DNA of 64,000 nt from a bacterium (lineage in GTDB: Bacteria; Bacillota_I; Bacilli_A; RFN20; CAG-826). The notes under the pieces are model-generated. The model saw only the letters and a list, made by a program, of their open reading frames with translations. It was not told the origin of the DNA and did no database searches. Of this stretch, positions 47,803 through 61,026 are shown piece by piece. How positions within the stretch are numbered: the first letter of the stretch is position 1; each line of letters starts with the position of its first letter. The DNA lies in NCBI GenBank assembly GCA_963617535.1, contig CAVEPD010000002.1, positions 23,917-87,916 on the forward strand, in the 5' to 3' direction. The position numbers and the translations under genes are program-made.

Positions 47803-48385
47803 GCTTCGCCTCCTCCGCTTGTTCGACAGGTGCTTCTACGGGCTCATTTTGCGGTTGCATAGGAATTTGCCCCGCGAAGCTCGCTTCGGAAAAAGATCCG
47901 GCTTCTCCGGGAATCCTATCCGCGGTAAAAGGTATAAAAGAAGGGTTCGGCTGAGGAATTTGGCTTGCTTGGAAGGGCACTCCTTGTTGCTGGATCCCTT
48001 GAGGATTTTGAAAGGGCATCCCTTGTTGCTGTATGCCTTGGGGATTTTGAAAAGGGATCCCCTGCTGACCCATGGGGCCCATAGCGCCTGGAGTTGCATT
48101 GTAATAGACCTGCTGAACGTAGATGTTATTGGGCTGAGGGGCAGGCTGAGGTTGTTCCTTCGCTTGAGCAATGTTCAGCGCTTCCTGTTTTCTCTTGTAG
48201 GCTTCTTCATCCTCCTCGAAAACGGGGAAGCACTTCTTGCCGGAGAAAAAATTCACCATCATGATGATAAACTCGACGATGAAATCCAAAATGCCGAAAA
48301 CGGCGACCAAAGCGATCAATATCAAAAGAAGAGGCGAGCAAATCGCGAAGATAATACCGATGCCAAACTCTTTGAGGAACTTCAT
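47795..48385 (-). CDS. Single-TM protein with Gln/Pro-rich tandem repeats
   Basis: N-terminal TM helices, then repeats (QGIPFQNPQGIQQQGMPFQNPQGIQQQGVPFQ), acidic C-terminus. Confidence 0.5.
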   Translation of the reverse strand: MKFLKEFGIGIIFAICSPLLLILIALVAVFGILDFIVEFIIMMVNFFSGKKCFPVFEEDEEAYKRKQEALNIAQAKEQPQPAPQPNNIYVQQVYYNATPGAMGPMGQQGIPFQNPQGIQQQGMPFQNPQGIQQQGVPFQASQIPQPNPSFIPFTADRIPGEAGSFSEASFAGQIPMQPQNEPVEAPVEQAEEAKHE

Positions 48386-48406
48386 TTTTCCGCTCCGCTT
48401 CTCATT

Positions 48407-49315
48407 TTAGTTTGAGTTGCTCTTCAATCCTAGAAAAACATCGGGCAAAGAGGACAAAGCGAAGCTTAACGGGAAGACGACGAATGTGAGGATGGCCGTG
48501 CTAGGAGAAACGCTTTGAAAGAAGTAGGCAATCAATAGGATGGAGCCGAAAACGGTTAATCCCAAAAGCAGGTACAAAGACCAATGGGGTTTTGGGAAGC
48601 GCGTCGCTAATCCTGCAAGAGCCCAGTAAAATGCGCATCCGAGGAAAAAATATGCCAGTTTTGCGTAGATAAATATGAATAAAACGCAAAATAAGCTGGA
48701 AACGATGGCGCTGATTGGGTACCACATTTCCGCTTTTTTCTTCTCTCTGAACACAATGCCGATATGGGTTGCTTGCAAAGAGAAAAACAGATGTGACAGC
48801 CCGGTGACCGCGAAAGAGTAGGCGAGAGCGAACAAGGCGAAGCTGTCATATAGGAGTTCGGATGATTTGAGGTTTAGCAAGGCGAGGATGACTTCTCTCA
48901 TATCGACTTCATAAATTGCTTTGACTAGCAATAATGAAAGCCAGAAAAAAGAATACTGGATCATCGCGACCACAAAGTTCGTTGCAATGACATTTGTTTC
49001 GCGGCGAAGGAAGAACCCATACGCGGTTCCGGAGCATAAAGCGGGAAGCAAATAGAAAAGCGTGTTCTCGAAGTTCCAAGCCGAAACGGCTATGGAAACA
49101 CCCAGAGCTCCAAAAAGATAGACTGCGTAGTACCTCTTTTGGCAAAAGTAGCCAATCAAGGCGGAAAGTAGCGGCGCGATGAGCATCAAGAAAAAAGCTG
49201 ACAAAGGCAATAAAGCGCTGACTAAAGAAAGAATTCCGTCGAACCCGGCGATGATGGCACAGAAAGCGAGATTCTGAACCGGCGTTTCCTTTTTCGTGAA
49301 AACCTTCATTGGCAA
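48407..49315 (-). CDS. Polytopic membrane protein of unknown function (about 8 TM)
   Basis: 302 aa, highly hydrophobic; first gene of the minus-strand operon. Confidence 0.5.
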   Translation of the reverse strand: MPMKVFTKKETPVQNLAFCAIIAGFDGILSLVSALLPLSAFFLMLIAPLLSALIGYFCQKRYYAVYLFGALGVSIAVSAWNFENTLFYLLPALCSGTAYGFFLRRETNVIATNFVVAMIQYSFFWLSLLLVKAIYEVDMREVILALLNLKSSELLYDSFALFALAYSFAVTGLSHLFFSLQATHIGIVFREKKKAEMWYPISAIVSSLFCVLFIFIYAKLAYFFLGCAFYWALAGLATRFPKPHWSLYLLLGLTVFGSILLIAYFFQSVSPSTAILTFVVFPLSFALSSLPDVFLGLKSNSN

Positions 49316-49440
49316 TATTTTACTAATGCCATGGGCTTATAAGAAAGTTTTTCACACGCCGAAATGAGTTTTCCACATCTTTCGTTTTTCCTCGGTCTCT
49401 TTATTTATAAAGAGCCTTCCCGAGTCTAAAATAGAGAGGT

Positions 49441-53726
<4,286 letters not shown>

Positions 53727-53801
53727 GACCCTCTCTTCTAGAAGAGAGTACCTCTTTCGCCTATAATAACCGCGCTAATTTGTTAGTATTGAGGAAAACG
53801 C

Positions 53802-54098
53802 ATGAAAGAAATCACGCTAGATGTGCTTAAAGATGCGGCGAATCGTCTCCTTTTCACGATGAGCGATGAACAGTATCAGACCTTGCTTGAAGAGTTCGAC
53901 GTTTTGAAACGCCAAATGGATCTCATTGGGGAAATCGAGGGCCTCGATTCTTATGAGCCGATGACTTTCCCCTTCGACTGTACTACTTCCTTTTTAAGGG
54001 AAGATATTCCGACTGCGCCTTTAGATCGTGACGAGGCCCTAAGAAACGCCGGATCAAAAGAAGATGGGCAAATCAAATTGCCGAAGGTGATTGGATGA
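53802..54098 (+). CDS. gatC: Asp/Glu-tRNA(Asn/Gln) amidotransferase subunit C
   Basis: 98 aa, GatC-like; immediately upstream of gatA and gatB. Confidence 0.85.
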   Translation: MKEITLDVLKDAANRLLFTMSDEQYQTLLEEFDVLKRQMDLIGEIEGLDSYEPMTFPFDCTTSFLREDIPTAPLDRDEALRNAGSKEDGQIKLPKVIG

Positions 54099-55567
54099 TG
54101 AGCTACCTAGATTGTTCCATAAAAGAAATCCACCAAGCCTTGGTGGAAAAGAAGACGACCCCGCTTGAGCTCACGAAAGAGGCTCTTAATAGGGCGAAAG
54201 AAGATAAGCAAAACTGCTTTGAGCTTATTCTTGAAGACGAGGCGATCGCCTTTGCTTCAACTTTGACTGAGCCAGAAGAAGACAACCTTCTTTGGGGCAT
54301 TCCTTATTTGGCAAAAGACAATTTTTCCACGAAGGATATCGAAACGACGGCTTCTAGCAACGTCTTGAATGGCTACGTTCCTTTGTTCGACGCGACGGTT
54401 GTTGCCAAACTCAAAGATAAGAAATGCGTGCTCATCGGCAAAACTACGTTAGACGAACTTGCGATGGGCGGCACAGGAACTACTGGCCACAAAGGCATCA
54501 CCTATAACCCTTACGATCCCTCTCATAAGAGAATGATTGGTGGCTCAAGTTGCGGCAGCGCCGCGGCGGTTGCTGCTGGGATCGTTCCTTTCGCCTTAGG
54601 TTCCGATACCGGTGACTCCGTTCGCAAACCCGCTTCTTTCGGGGGTCTTGTTGGCATGAAGCCGACTTGGGGAAGAATCTCTCGCTATGGCTTATTCCCC
54701 TTCGCTCCAAGTCTCGATCACGTTGGCTTCTTCACTCGTTCGGTGGAAGATAACGCGATCATCCTTGAAGCTCTTTCCGGCAGAGACGATATGGATTTCA
54801 CCTCGTCGAACCGCCCTGTTGAAAACTACGCAAACATCGCTTCTCCTTCCTTAAAAGGCAAAAAGATCGCGGTTTTGCGGGAAATTGTTGATTCCATTTC
54901 CGATAAGAAAAACCTGCAATTCTTTGATAATTCCATCGAAAAGATGAAACAAAGCGGCGCGGAAGTTGATTACGTCGACTTTGGCCTCGCGTTACTTCAA
55001 TCCATCTACCCAACCTATATCGTCATCAGCTGCGCCGAGGCGACGAGCAACGATGCGAATTTAGATGGAATCAAATTCGGCCCCTATTATGGTGGCAATA
55101 CCTATCAAGACGTTATGTTCAATGCGAGAACGAAAGGCTTCTCCGAATTAATCAAACGTCGTTTTGTCATCGGCAGTTTCGCCCTTATGAAAGAAAACCA
55201 GGATGTTCTTTTCCTCCGTGCCCAAAAGAACCGCGCCAAAATCGTGGAGCGCGTGAACCAAATTCTTAGCGACTACGATTGCATTTATCTGCCTGCGGCC
55301 CCTTCAACCGCCCCGCTCATCGGCGGCGCTTCCAATAAACTCTCCAACGAGTATTTGGTCGCCGATAACCATTTGGCGCTTGGGAATTTCGCTGGCCTTC
55401 CTTCGATTACTCTGCCCTTAGGTTTAGAAGACGGCATGCCTCTAGGAGTTAACTTCATGGGCAAGGCGTTTGAAGAGAAAGAGCTTTATGAGGTCGCCAA
55501 ATGCTTTGAGGACATCACCGGCCTTGCAGGGCTTTCTGTTTTGAATAAAAAGGAGGGCAATCTATGA
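54095..55567 (+). CDS. gatA: Glutamyl-tRNA(Gln) amidotransferase subunit A (amidase signature)
   Basis: Amidase signature GGSSCGSAAAVAAG...GSDTGDSVRKPA. Confidence 0.9.
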   Translation: MMSYLDCSIKEIHQALVEKKTTPLELTKEALNRAKEDKQNCFELILEDEAIAFASTLTEPEEDNLLWGIPYLAKDNFSTKDIETTASSNVLNGYVPLFDATVVAKLKDKKCVLIGKTTLDELAMGGTGTTGHKGITYNPYDPSHKRMIGGSSCGSAAAVAAGIVPFALGSDTGDSVRKPASFGGLVGMKPTWGRISRYGLFPFAPSLDHVGFFTRSVEDNAIILEALSGRDDMDFTSSNRPVENYANIASPSLKGKKIAVLREIVDSISDKKNLQFFDNSIEKMKQSGAEVDYVDFGLALLQSIYPTYIVISCAEATSNDANLDGIKFGPYYGGNTYQDVMFNARTKGFSELIKRRFVIGSFALMKENQDVLFLRAQKNRAKIVERVNQILSDYDCIYLPAAPSTAPLIGGASNKLSNEYLVADNHLALGNFAGLPSITLPLGLEDGMPLGVNFMGKAFEEKELYEVAKCFEDITGLAGLSVLNKKEGNL

Positions 55568-56991
55568 ATTTTGAAGCGATTATTGGACTTGAGATCCATG
55601 TCCAAATGAAGACGAAGAGCAAAATGTTCTCCTCGTCGCCGAACTCCTTTTCCCGCACTCCGAATAGTGAGATCACCCCGTTTGACATGGCCTTTCCAGG
55701 CACGATGCCTCGTGTGAATAAGCAGGCGGTCATCAATGCGATTCGCGTGGCAAACGCCCTTCACATGACCATCGACCATACCCTTTATTTCGACCGCAAA
55801 AACTACTTCTACAGTGATCTTCCAAAGGGGTTCCAAATCACGCAGCAACGCCGTCCAATTGGAAGTCATGGGTATCTCGATATTCTTGATAAAGACGGGA
55901 ACACCAAACGAATCAAGATTGAGCGTATCCATATGGAAGAGGATACATGCAAGCAATTGCACCTTTCTGATTGTTCCCTTTTGGATTACAACCGCGCGGG
56001 AACTCCTCTTGTGGAAATCGTTTCCGAGCCTGACATTCGTTCAGGCACCGAAGCCATGCATTATGTTGAGGCGATTCGCAACATCGTCGTTTATTCGTTG
56101 ACAAGCGATGGGAAAATGGAAGAAGGCTCCCTCCGCTGTGACGTGAATGTCTCTTTGCGCCCTTTCGGCGAAGAAAAATTCGGCACCAAGGTCGAAATCA
56201 AGAACCTTAATTCCATCAAAAACATTGAACAGGCTCTCGACTATGAGATTGCTCGCCAAAGCGCATGCTTGCTTACGGGCGTCCCTGTTCAGCAGGAAAC
56301 CAGGCGTTTCGACGAGGCAAGCGGCAAAACCGTGCTCATGAGAGTCAAAACCGACGCGGTCGATTACAAATACTTCTGCGAGCCCAATATCCCTCCGATT
56401 CACTTGAGCGACGAGTTCGTAAACGATGCAATCGCGACTTGCCCCGAGCTTTATGACGCAAAGAAAGAACGTTATCTAAAGAATGGACTTTCGGATACAG
56501 ATGCCTCCATTCTTTTGTCGGATCTTGCGATGTCTTCCTATTTCGAAAAAGCACTCGAAGGCGCGAAAAACGCTAAGACCGTCGCGAACTTCCTTATTGT
56601 CGAAGTGAACTCCTATCTTAACAAAGAAGGCAAGAAAATCGACGAATTCCCATTGTCCCCTGCTCTCTTAAAGGACGTTTGCAATTTGCAAGACGAGGGG
56701 TATACCCATAAGCAAGCGATGCAGATTTTCTCTTATTTGCTCGAGAACGGAGGAACGGCTGAAGAGGCAAGAACTGCTCTCAAAATTGAAAAGCAATCGA
56801 ATGACGAAGGCGCCGTTTTAGCCTTTGTCACACAGGTTTTGGACGCAAATCCCCAGTCAATCGCAGACTTCAAGGCCGGAAAAGACAGAGCCATCGGGTT
56901 CTTGGTCGGACAGGTCATGAAGGCTAGCAAAGGCAAGGTCAACCCTGCTGCCGTAAGCAAGATTTTGCAGGAAGAGATCAAAAAGCGCTGA
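55564..56991 (+). CDS. gatB: Asp/Glu-tRNA amidotransferase subunit B
   Basis: N-terminus MNFEAIIGLEIHVQM; C-terminal GatB/YqeY domain. Confidence 0.9.
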   Translation: MNFEAIIGLEIHVQMKTKSKMFSSSPNSFSRTPNSEITPFDMAFPGTMPRVNKQAVINAIRVANALHMTIDHTLYFDRKNYFYSDLPKGFQITQQRRPIGSHGYLDILDKDGNTKRIKIERIHMEEDTCKQLHLSDCSLLDYNRAGTPLVEIVSEPDIRSGTEAMHYVEAIRNIVVYSLTSDGKMEEGSLRCDVNVSLRPFGEEKFGTKVEIKNLNSIKNIEQALDYEIARQSACLLTGVPVQQETRRFDEASGKTVLMRVKTDAVDYKYFCEPNIPPIHLSDEFVNDAIATCPELYDAKKERYLKNGLSDTDASILLSDLAMSSYFEKALEGAKNAKTVANFLIVEVNSYLNKEGKKIDEFPLSPALLKDVCNLQDEGYTHKQAMQIFSYLLENGGTAEEARTALKIEKQSNDEGAVLAFVTQVLDANPQSIADFKAGKDRAIGFLVGQVMKASKGKVNPAAVSKILQEEIKKR

Positions 56992-56996
56992 TTAAT

Positions 56997-57749
56997 ATGG
57001 AAAAGGAAATTGCGGAATTAAAAAAGTATCTTGAAACCGTCGCTTCTTTTTCCTTGCCCCAATACAAAGAATTGCCTGGCGTAGAGCTTTACATGGAGCA
57101 GGTTCTGAAATACATTAACGGAACCTTGGATTCTTTGACCCTTGACCAAGAGAACATGCTTACGTCTTTCATGGTCAACAACTACGTCAAGGCCAAGATG
57201 ATCGACCTTCCGGTCAAAAAGAAGTATTCCAAAGAACAGATCGGCTATTTGATGGCCATTTGTTTGATGAAGTCGACCATTTCGATGGCGGATATGTCCT
57301 TGCTTCTGGAATTAGATTCCTGCGTCTCCGTAGACAAAGGACGGCTTTACGCCTTTTGGGCCAGCATGGAAAGCTCGATTCTTAATGAAACGGCGAAGAA
57401 GACCATTTCTAGGATTGAGAATTTCACCAAGAGCAGTGCTTCCGAAAAAGGCAAAAAGAGCAAAAATAATGAAGAAGATGTGCGTGCCTCGCTTGGCTTA
57501 ATCGCTCTTCGCCTTGCTATTCAGTCCCAGGCGAATAAACTAATATCCGATTCGATTATCGCAGCTCTTCGCGCCGATATGCACGGCGACGAAAAGAAGA
57601 AAAAAGCCGTCGAAGCCGAGCAAAAAGAAGCGAATCACCGGGCCGAGCGCGACGCCAAAAAAGAGGCGAGGCGCTTAGCTGCGGAAAAGGAAGCGAAAGC
57701 GAAAAAAGAAAAGAAAGAAACCCCAGTTAAAAAAGGAGCTAAAAAATGA
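56997..57749 (+). CDS. Hypothetical protein with Lys/Glu-rich C-terminal tail (DUF1836-like, Firmicutes-conserved)
   Basis: 250 aa; N-terminal globular region; C-terminal charged low-complexity KKKKAVEAEQKEANHRAERDAKKEARR... Confidence 0.45.
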   Translation: MEKEIAELKKYLETVASFSLPQYKELPGVELYMEQVLKYINGTLDSLTLDQENMLTSFMVNNYVKAKMIDLPVKKKYSKEQIGYLMAICLMKSTISMADMSLLLELDSCVSVDKGRLYAFWASMESSILNETAKKTISRIENFTKSSASEKGKKSKNNEEDVRASLGLIALRLAIQSQANKLISDSIIAALRADMHGDEKKKKAVEAEQKEANHRAERDAKKEARRLAAEKEAKAKKEKKETPVKKGAKK

Positions 57750-58759
57750 AAAGAATTCTTGTTACTGGTGGAACCGGATTTATTGGTTCCGAAACCGTTA
57801 TTTGCCTGATTCAAAATGGCTACGAACCCATTTTGGTGGACAACCTCTGCAACTCAAAAAAAGAAGTTCTCTCGCGCATTCAAACCATCACCGGAGTGAT
57901 GCCTAGGTTCTATCAAGTCGACTGCTGCGATTATCCTTCCTTTAAAAAGGTTTTCGAGCAAGAACAGATCGACGCGGTCATCCATTTCGCTGGGCTTAAA
58001 GCCGTTGGCGAAAGCGTCGCGAAGCCGATTGAATACTATTCGAATAACTTTATTTCCACGCTCACCCTTCTCGCTCTGATGAAAGAATTCGGGGTCAAGA
58101 ACCTCGTCTTCTCCTCTTCTGCTACCGTTTATGGCATTCCGAAGCATGTTCCTTTGAAGGAAAGCGATCCGACTTCAGATGCGACGAATCCTTATGGCGA
58201 GACAAAACTCGTGATCGAGCGAATTCTAACTGACGCCCAAAAGGCGAATCCCGATTGGAACATCGCTCTCCTCCGTTATTTCAACCCCATTGGCGCTCAC
58301 CCCTCCGGACTTCTTGGCGAAGATCCTAACGGCATTCCCAATAACCTTATGCCTTACATCTGCCAGGTTGCTGTCGGAAAAAGAGAAAAGCTTCATGTCT
58401 TTGGCGATGACTATCCAACTCCTGATGGAACGGGCATCCGCGATTTCATTCACGTCGTCGATTTGGCGGAAGGCCATGTCGCCACGCTTTCTAAACTTGC
58501 CAAGAATCCTGGCCTAGTCATTTATAACTTAGGCACTGGTAAGGGCACTTCGGTCCTCGAACTTGTGAACGCTTTCGAAAAAGCGAACGGAATTAAGATT
58601 CCCTATGTGATTGATCCTCGCAGACCCGGTGATGTTTCTGAAAACTACGCGGACGCTTCTAAAGCGGAAAAAGAACTTGGCTGGAAAGCAAAGAAAGATA
58701 TCTTTGACGCTTGCAAAGATGCCTACAATTTCCAGAAGAAAAACCCTAACGGCATTTAA
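57746..58759 (+). CDS. galE: UDP-glucose 4-epimerase
   Basis: NAD-binding GGTGFIGS, catalytic YGETK, SSATVYG; 337 aa. Confidence 0.85.
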   Translation: MKRILVTGGTGFIGSETVICLIQNGYEPILVDNLCNSKKEVLSRIQTITGVMPRFYQVDCCDYPSFKKVFEQEQIDAVIHFAGLKAVGESVAKPIEYYSNNFISTLTLLALMKEFGVKNLVFSSSATVYGIPKHVPLKESDPTSDATNPYGETKLVIERILTDAQKANPDWNIALLRYFNPIGAHPSGLLGEDPNGIPNNLMPYICQVAVGKREKLHVFGDDYPTPDGTGIRDFIHVVDLAEGHVATLSKLAKNPGLVIYNLGTGKGTSVLELVNAFEKANGIKIPYVIDPRRPGDVSENYADASKAEKELGWKAKKDIFDACKDAYNFQKKNPNGI

Positions 58760-58780
58760 TTGCTTTCAAATTCGCATACA

Positions 58781-58812
58781 TGCCCCCGCTCTTTTTGGCG
58801 GGGGCTTTTATC
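58781..58812 (+). terminator. Rho-independent terminator after galE
   Basis: GCCCCCGC-tcttttt-GGCGGGGGC followed by TTTTAT. Confidence 0.55.
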
Positions 58813-58816
58813 GTGC

Positions 58817-58844
58817 GTGACAAACGCCTGTAACCTAGTAGAAT
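58817..58844 (+). promoter_or_regulatory. Sigma-A-like promoter for the DUF1508 gene (-35 GTGACA, 16-nt spacer, -10 TAGAAT)
   Basis: GTGACA at 58817-58822 and TAGAAT at 58839-58844; GGAG RBS 10 nt before the ATG at 58869. Confidence 0.35.
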
Positions 58845-58868
58845 GTTCTCCGACTGGAGCAACTGCTT

Positions 58869-60602
58869 ATGAAAACAAAGAAAACATCAATTATCGTTAC
58901 GATAGTCGTCGTAGCCATTTGCTTATTGACCTTTGGTCTGTCTTTCCTTCCGTTTGGCGCCGCTGGTGACTTGAATGAATATTTCTCCCAGGAAGAATTC
59001 AGCAATATACTTAGCGCCCTTTATTTCCAAGGGGGAACCATTGGACTGCTTCTTGGCATCGCGATGTATGCTGGCCTTGTCTTCGTGATTGTCATGTTCA
59101 TCGTTGCCCTTTGTAAGAGACGCGGCTGGTTCGCTCTGCTTGATTTGCTTGCTCTTTTCCTTGGCTTCCGCGCGGCTATGAACCTTGCTTATTGGGGGAT
59201 GATGAATCGCAACTCGATTGGCTCTTTTGTCTTCGCCATCGTTCTTATTGTCATGTGCCTTTTTGTGGCTATCTTGCCGTTACTTTGCGTCACTTCTGAT
59301 CCGGATACCCATTCCACCGCTACCTTCACGCCTCTTCCTTCTACCATCCCGACCGTAGAAAAGAAAACTTCTTCTAATGGTGAATCCGAAGAGAAGAAAG
59401 ACGACGAAACTGCTGCTTCGGTTTCTAATGAGACTCCTGCTCAAGAAGAGACCAAGGAAGAGCCTGTTCCCGAAACAAAGGCAGAGCCCGTGGCTGAAGA
59501 GAACGCTGCTGAAACGAAAGACGCACCCGCGGAAGAAAAACCCGTGGAATCTGAAGCCGATTCTTCCGCTAAAGAGGAAACTTCGGAAACCCCTTCTGCC
59601 GCTTCAAAAGATGATAAAATAGCCAAAACGGAGGAAAAACCGATGAAAGCAGAAAAGAAACCCACTAAGACCGCAACCCCGAAAGCTGCTCCGAAAGCCG
59701 CAGCCGCCACCAAAGCTGCTCCGAAAGCCGCAGCCGCCACCAAAGCTGCTCCGAAAGCCGCAGCCGCCACCAAAGCTGCTCCGAAAGCCGCAGCCGCCAC
59801 CAAAGCTGCTCCGAAAGCCGCAGCCGCCACCAAAGCTGCTCCGAAAGCCGCAGCCGCTCCTAAAACTCAGAAAGCTCTAGGCAAGTATGAAGTTTATCCT
59901 GAAGCTGGCTTCTTCAAATATCGTTTGAAGGCCAATAACGGAGAGATTCTCATCGTCTCCAATGGTTATAAGACCAGAGATGGCGCCCACAAAGGCATCG
60001 ACACTTTAGTTAAAGCCGTTGCTGGCGGCGTCGCTAAGATCGTTATCGACAAGAACAAATACGCCCAGTTCCGTCTCTACACCGCCTCTGATTCCCGTTT
60101 GATCGTCGCTGGTGAATACTATCCGAACACCAAAGGCGCCCAAAGTGCTCTGGAATCCGTTGAGAAGTTCTACAAGACTGACAAGATTGTTGATCTCGAC
60201 GAAATCCCGGAAGATGAAGTCAGGGAATGGCGTATCACTCTTGCCAAGGCCGACAATAGCGGCAAAGGCAAGTTCGAAATCTATATCGACGAGACCAAGA
60301 AATATCGCGGAAGGCTTCTTGCCAATAACGGCCAACTTCTCTTCGCGACCGCCGCTTACGCCGCCAAGAACGGCGTCAATGGTGCCCTCGAGAAGGTTCA
60401 AAAGAAGTTCAACTCCACGGATGTCACCGTGACCTGCGATAAGCAAGGCCGCTACCAGTTCATCGTTTATGGCGATAACGGGTCTGTCCTTGTCATGGGC
60501 GAGTCCTACAAGAGCAAAGACCGCGCGATCTCCGCTGCACAAAGCTCTAAGAACTTCTCGGCAAATCCGCAAATCGTGGATGTCACGAAAGACGAAGACT
60601 AA
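58869..60602 (+). CDS. Membrane-anchored protein with (KAAPKAAAAT)n linker and tandem YegP/DUF1508-like domains
   Basis: N-terminal 4 TM helices; acidic low-complexity region; 6x perfect decapeptide repeat; four DUF1508-like half-domains (NNGEILIVSNGYKTRDGAHKGIDTL, SDSRLIVAGEYYPNTKGAQSALESV, NNGQLLFATAAYAAKNGVNGALEKV, DNGSVLVMGESYKSKDRAISAAQSS). Confidence 0.6.
   Translation: MKTKKTSIIVTIVVVAICLLTFGLSFLPFGAAGDLNEYFSQEEFSNILSALYFQGGTIGLLLGIAMYAGLVFVIVMFIVALCKRRGWFALLDLLALFLGFRAAMNLAYWGMMNRNSIGSFVFAIVLIVMCLFVAILPLLCVTSDPDTHSTATFTPLPSTIPTVEKKTSSNGESEEKKDDETAASVSNETPAQEETKEEPVPETKAEPVAEENAAETKDAPAEEKPVESEADSSAKEETSETPSAASKDDKIAKTEEKPMKAEKKPTKTATPKAAPKAAAATKAAPKAAAATKAAPKAAAATKAAPKAAAATKAAPKAAAATKAAPKAAAAPKTQKALGKYEVYPEAGFFKYRLKANNGEILIVSNGYKTRDGAHKGIDTLVKAVAGGVAKIVIDKNKYAQFRLYTASDSRLIVAGEYYPNTKGAQSALESVEKFYKTDKIVDLDEIPEDEVREWRITLAKADNSGKGKFEIYIDETKKYRGRLLANNGQLLFATAAYAAKNGVNGALEKVQKKFNSTDVTVTCDKQGRYQFIVYGDNGSVLVMGESYKSKDRAISAAQSSKNFSANPQIVDVTKDED
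59679..59857 (+). repeat. Perfect 30-bp tandem repeat, about 5.5-6 copies (unit CCGAAAGCCGCAGCCGCCACCAAAGCTGCT), inside a CDS
   Basis: Identical copies at 59691, 59721, 59751, 59781 and 59811, plus partial flanking copies. In-frame, encoding AAPKAAAATK units. Confidence 0.9.
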
Positions 60603-60616
60603 TCACGTCAGCCATC

Positions 60617-60648
60617 TAAAAGCCTTGGGAAACCCAGGGCTTTTTTCA
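60617..60648 (+). terminator. Rho-independent terminator after the DUF1508 gene
   Basis: AGCCTTGGG-aaa-CCCAGGGCT (one G·U pair) followed by TTTTTTC. Confidence 0.5.
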
Positions 60649-60693
60649 TATGCATGTTGCTTGTGTGAAAAAGGAAACGATATTAAGATTAAG

Positions 60694-60710
60694 ATACCCC
60701 TAGGGGGTAT
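60694..60710. promoter_or_regulatory. Putative CsoR operator (GC-rich pseudo-palindrome ATACCCCTAGGGGGTAT) overlapping the csoR promoter
   Basis: 17-bp near-perfect inverted repeat 6 bp upstream of the csoR ATG. Resembles known CsoR operators of the ATACCC-N-GGGTAT type. Confidence 0.5.
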
Positions 60711-60715
60711 ATATT

Positions 60716-61024
60716 ATGGAAGAAAATACCTGTCCTTGCTGCGCTAAGAAAAAGCACCAGCCTCGTAGTGAAGAGGAAAAGAAAAAGCTCGTAAATCGCG
60801 TTTCTCGAATCGAAGGTCAATTAAAAGGCATCGCCAAGATGATCGAAGAAGACCGTTATTGCGGAGACATTCTAATTCAGCTTTCCGCGGCAGAAAAAGC
60901 CCTTGAATCCTTTGGCTACACCATCTTGAATGCGCATTTAGAAAGTTGCGTGAAAGATGACATTCTCGCCGGAAAAGACGAGGTAATCGGGGAGACGATG
61001 GAACTCATCAAGCGTCTGAAATAA
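60716..61024 (+). CDS. csoR: Copper-sensing transcriptional repressor CsoR
   Basis: 102 aa; RIEGQLKGIAKMIEEDRYCGDILIQLSAAEKAL matches the CsoR/RcnR family including the Cu-ligand Cys; directly upstream of copA. Confidence 0.8.
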   Translation: MEENTCPCCAKKKHQPRSEEEKKKLVNRVSRIEGQLKGIAKMIEEDRYCGDILIQLSAAEKALESFGYTILNAHLESCVKDDILAGKDEVIGETMELIKRLK

Positions 61025-61026
61025 GC

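Noticed and set aside
47672-48415. 247-aa plus-strand ORF
   Set aside because: Antisense to the minus-strand membrane operon; Arg/Leu-rich shadow composition.
59679-59857. Possible CRISPR array (regular 30-bp repeats)
   Set aside because: The repeats are directly contiguous with no spacers, are in-frame coding sequence (AAPKAAAATK), and no cas genes are nearby.
59441-60572. Minus-strand ORFs of 130 and 188 aa, including poly-Ala-rich AAAFGAALVAAAAFGAALV
   Set aside because: Mirror image of the tandem 30-bp repeat and the DUF1508 gene on the plus strand.
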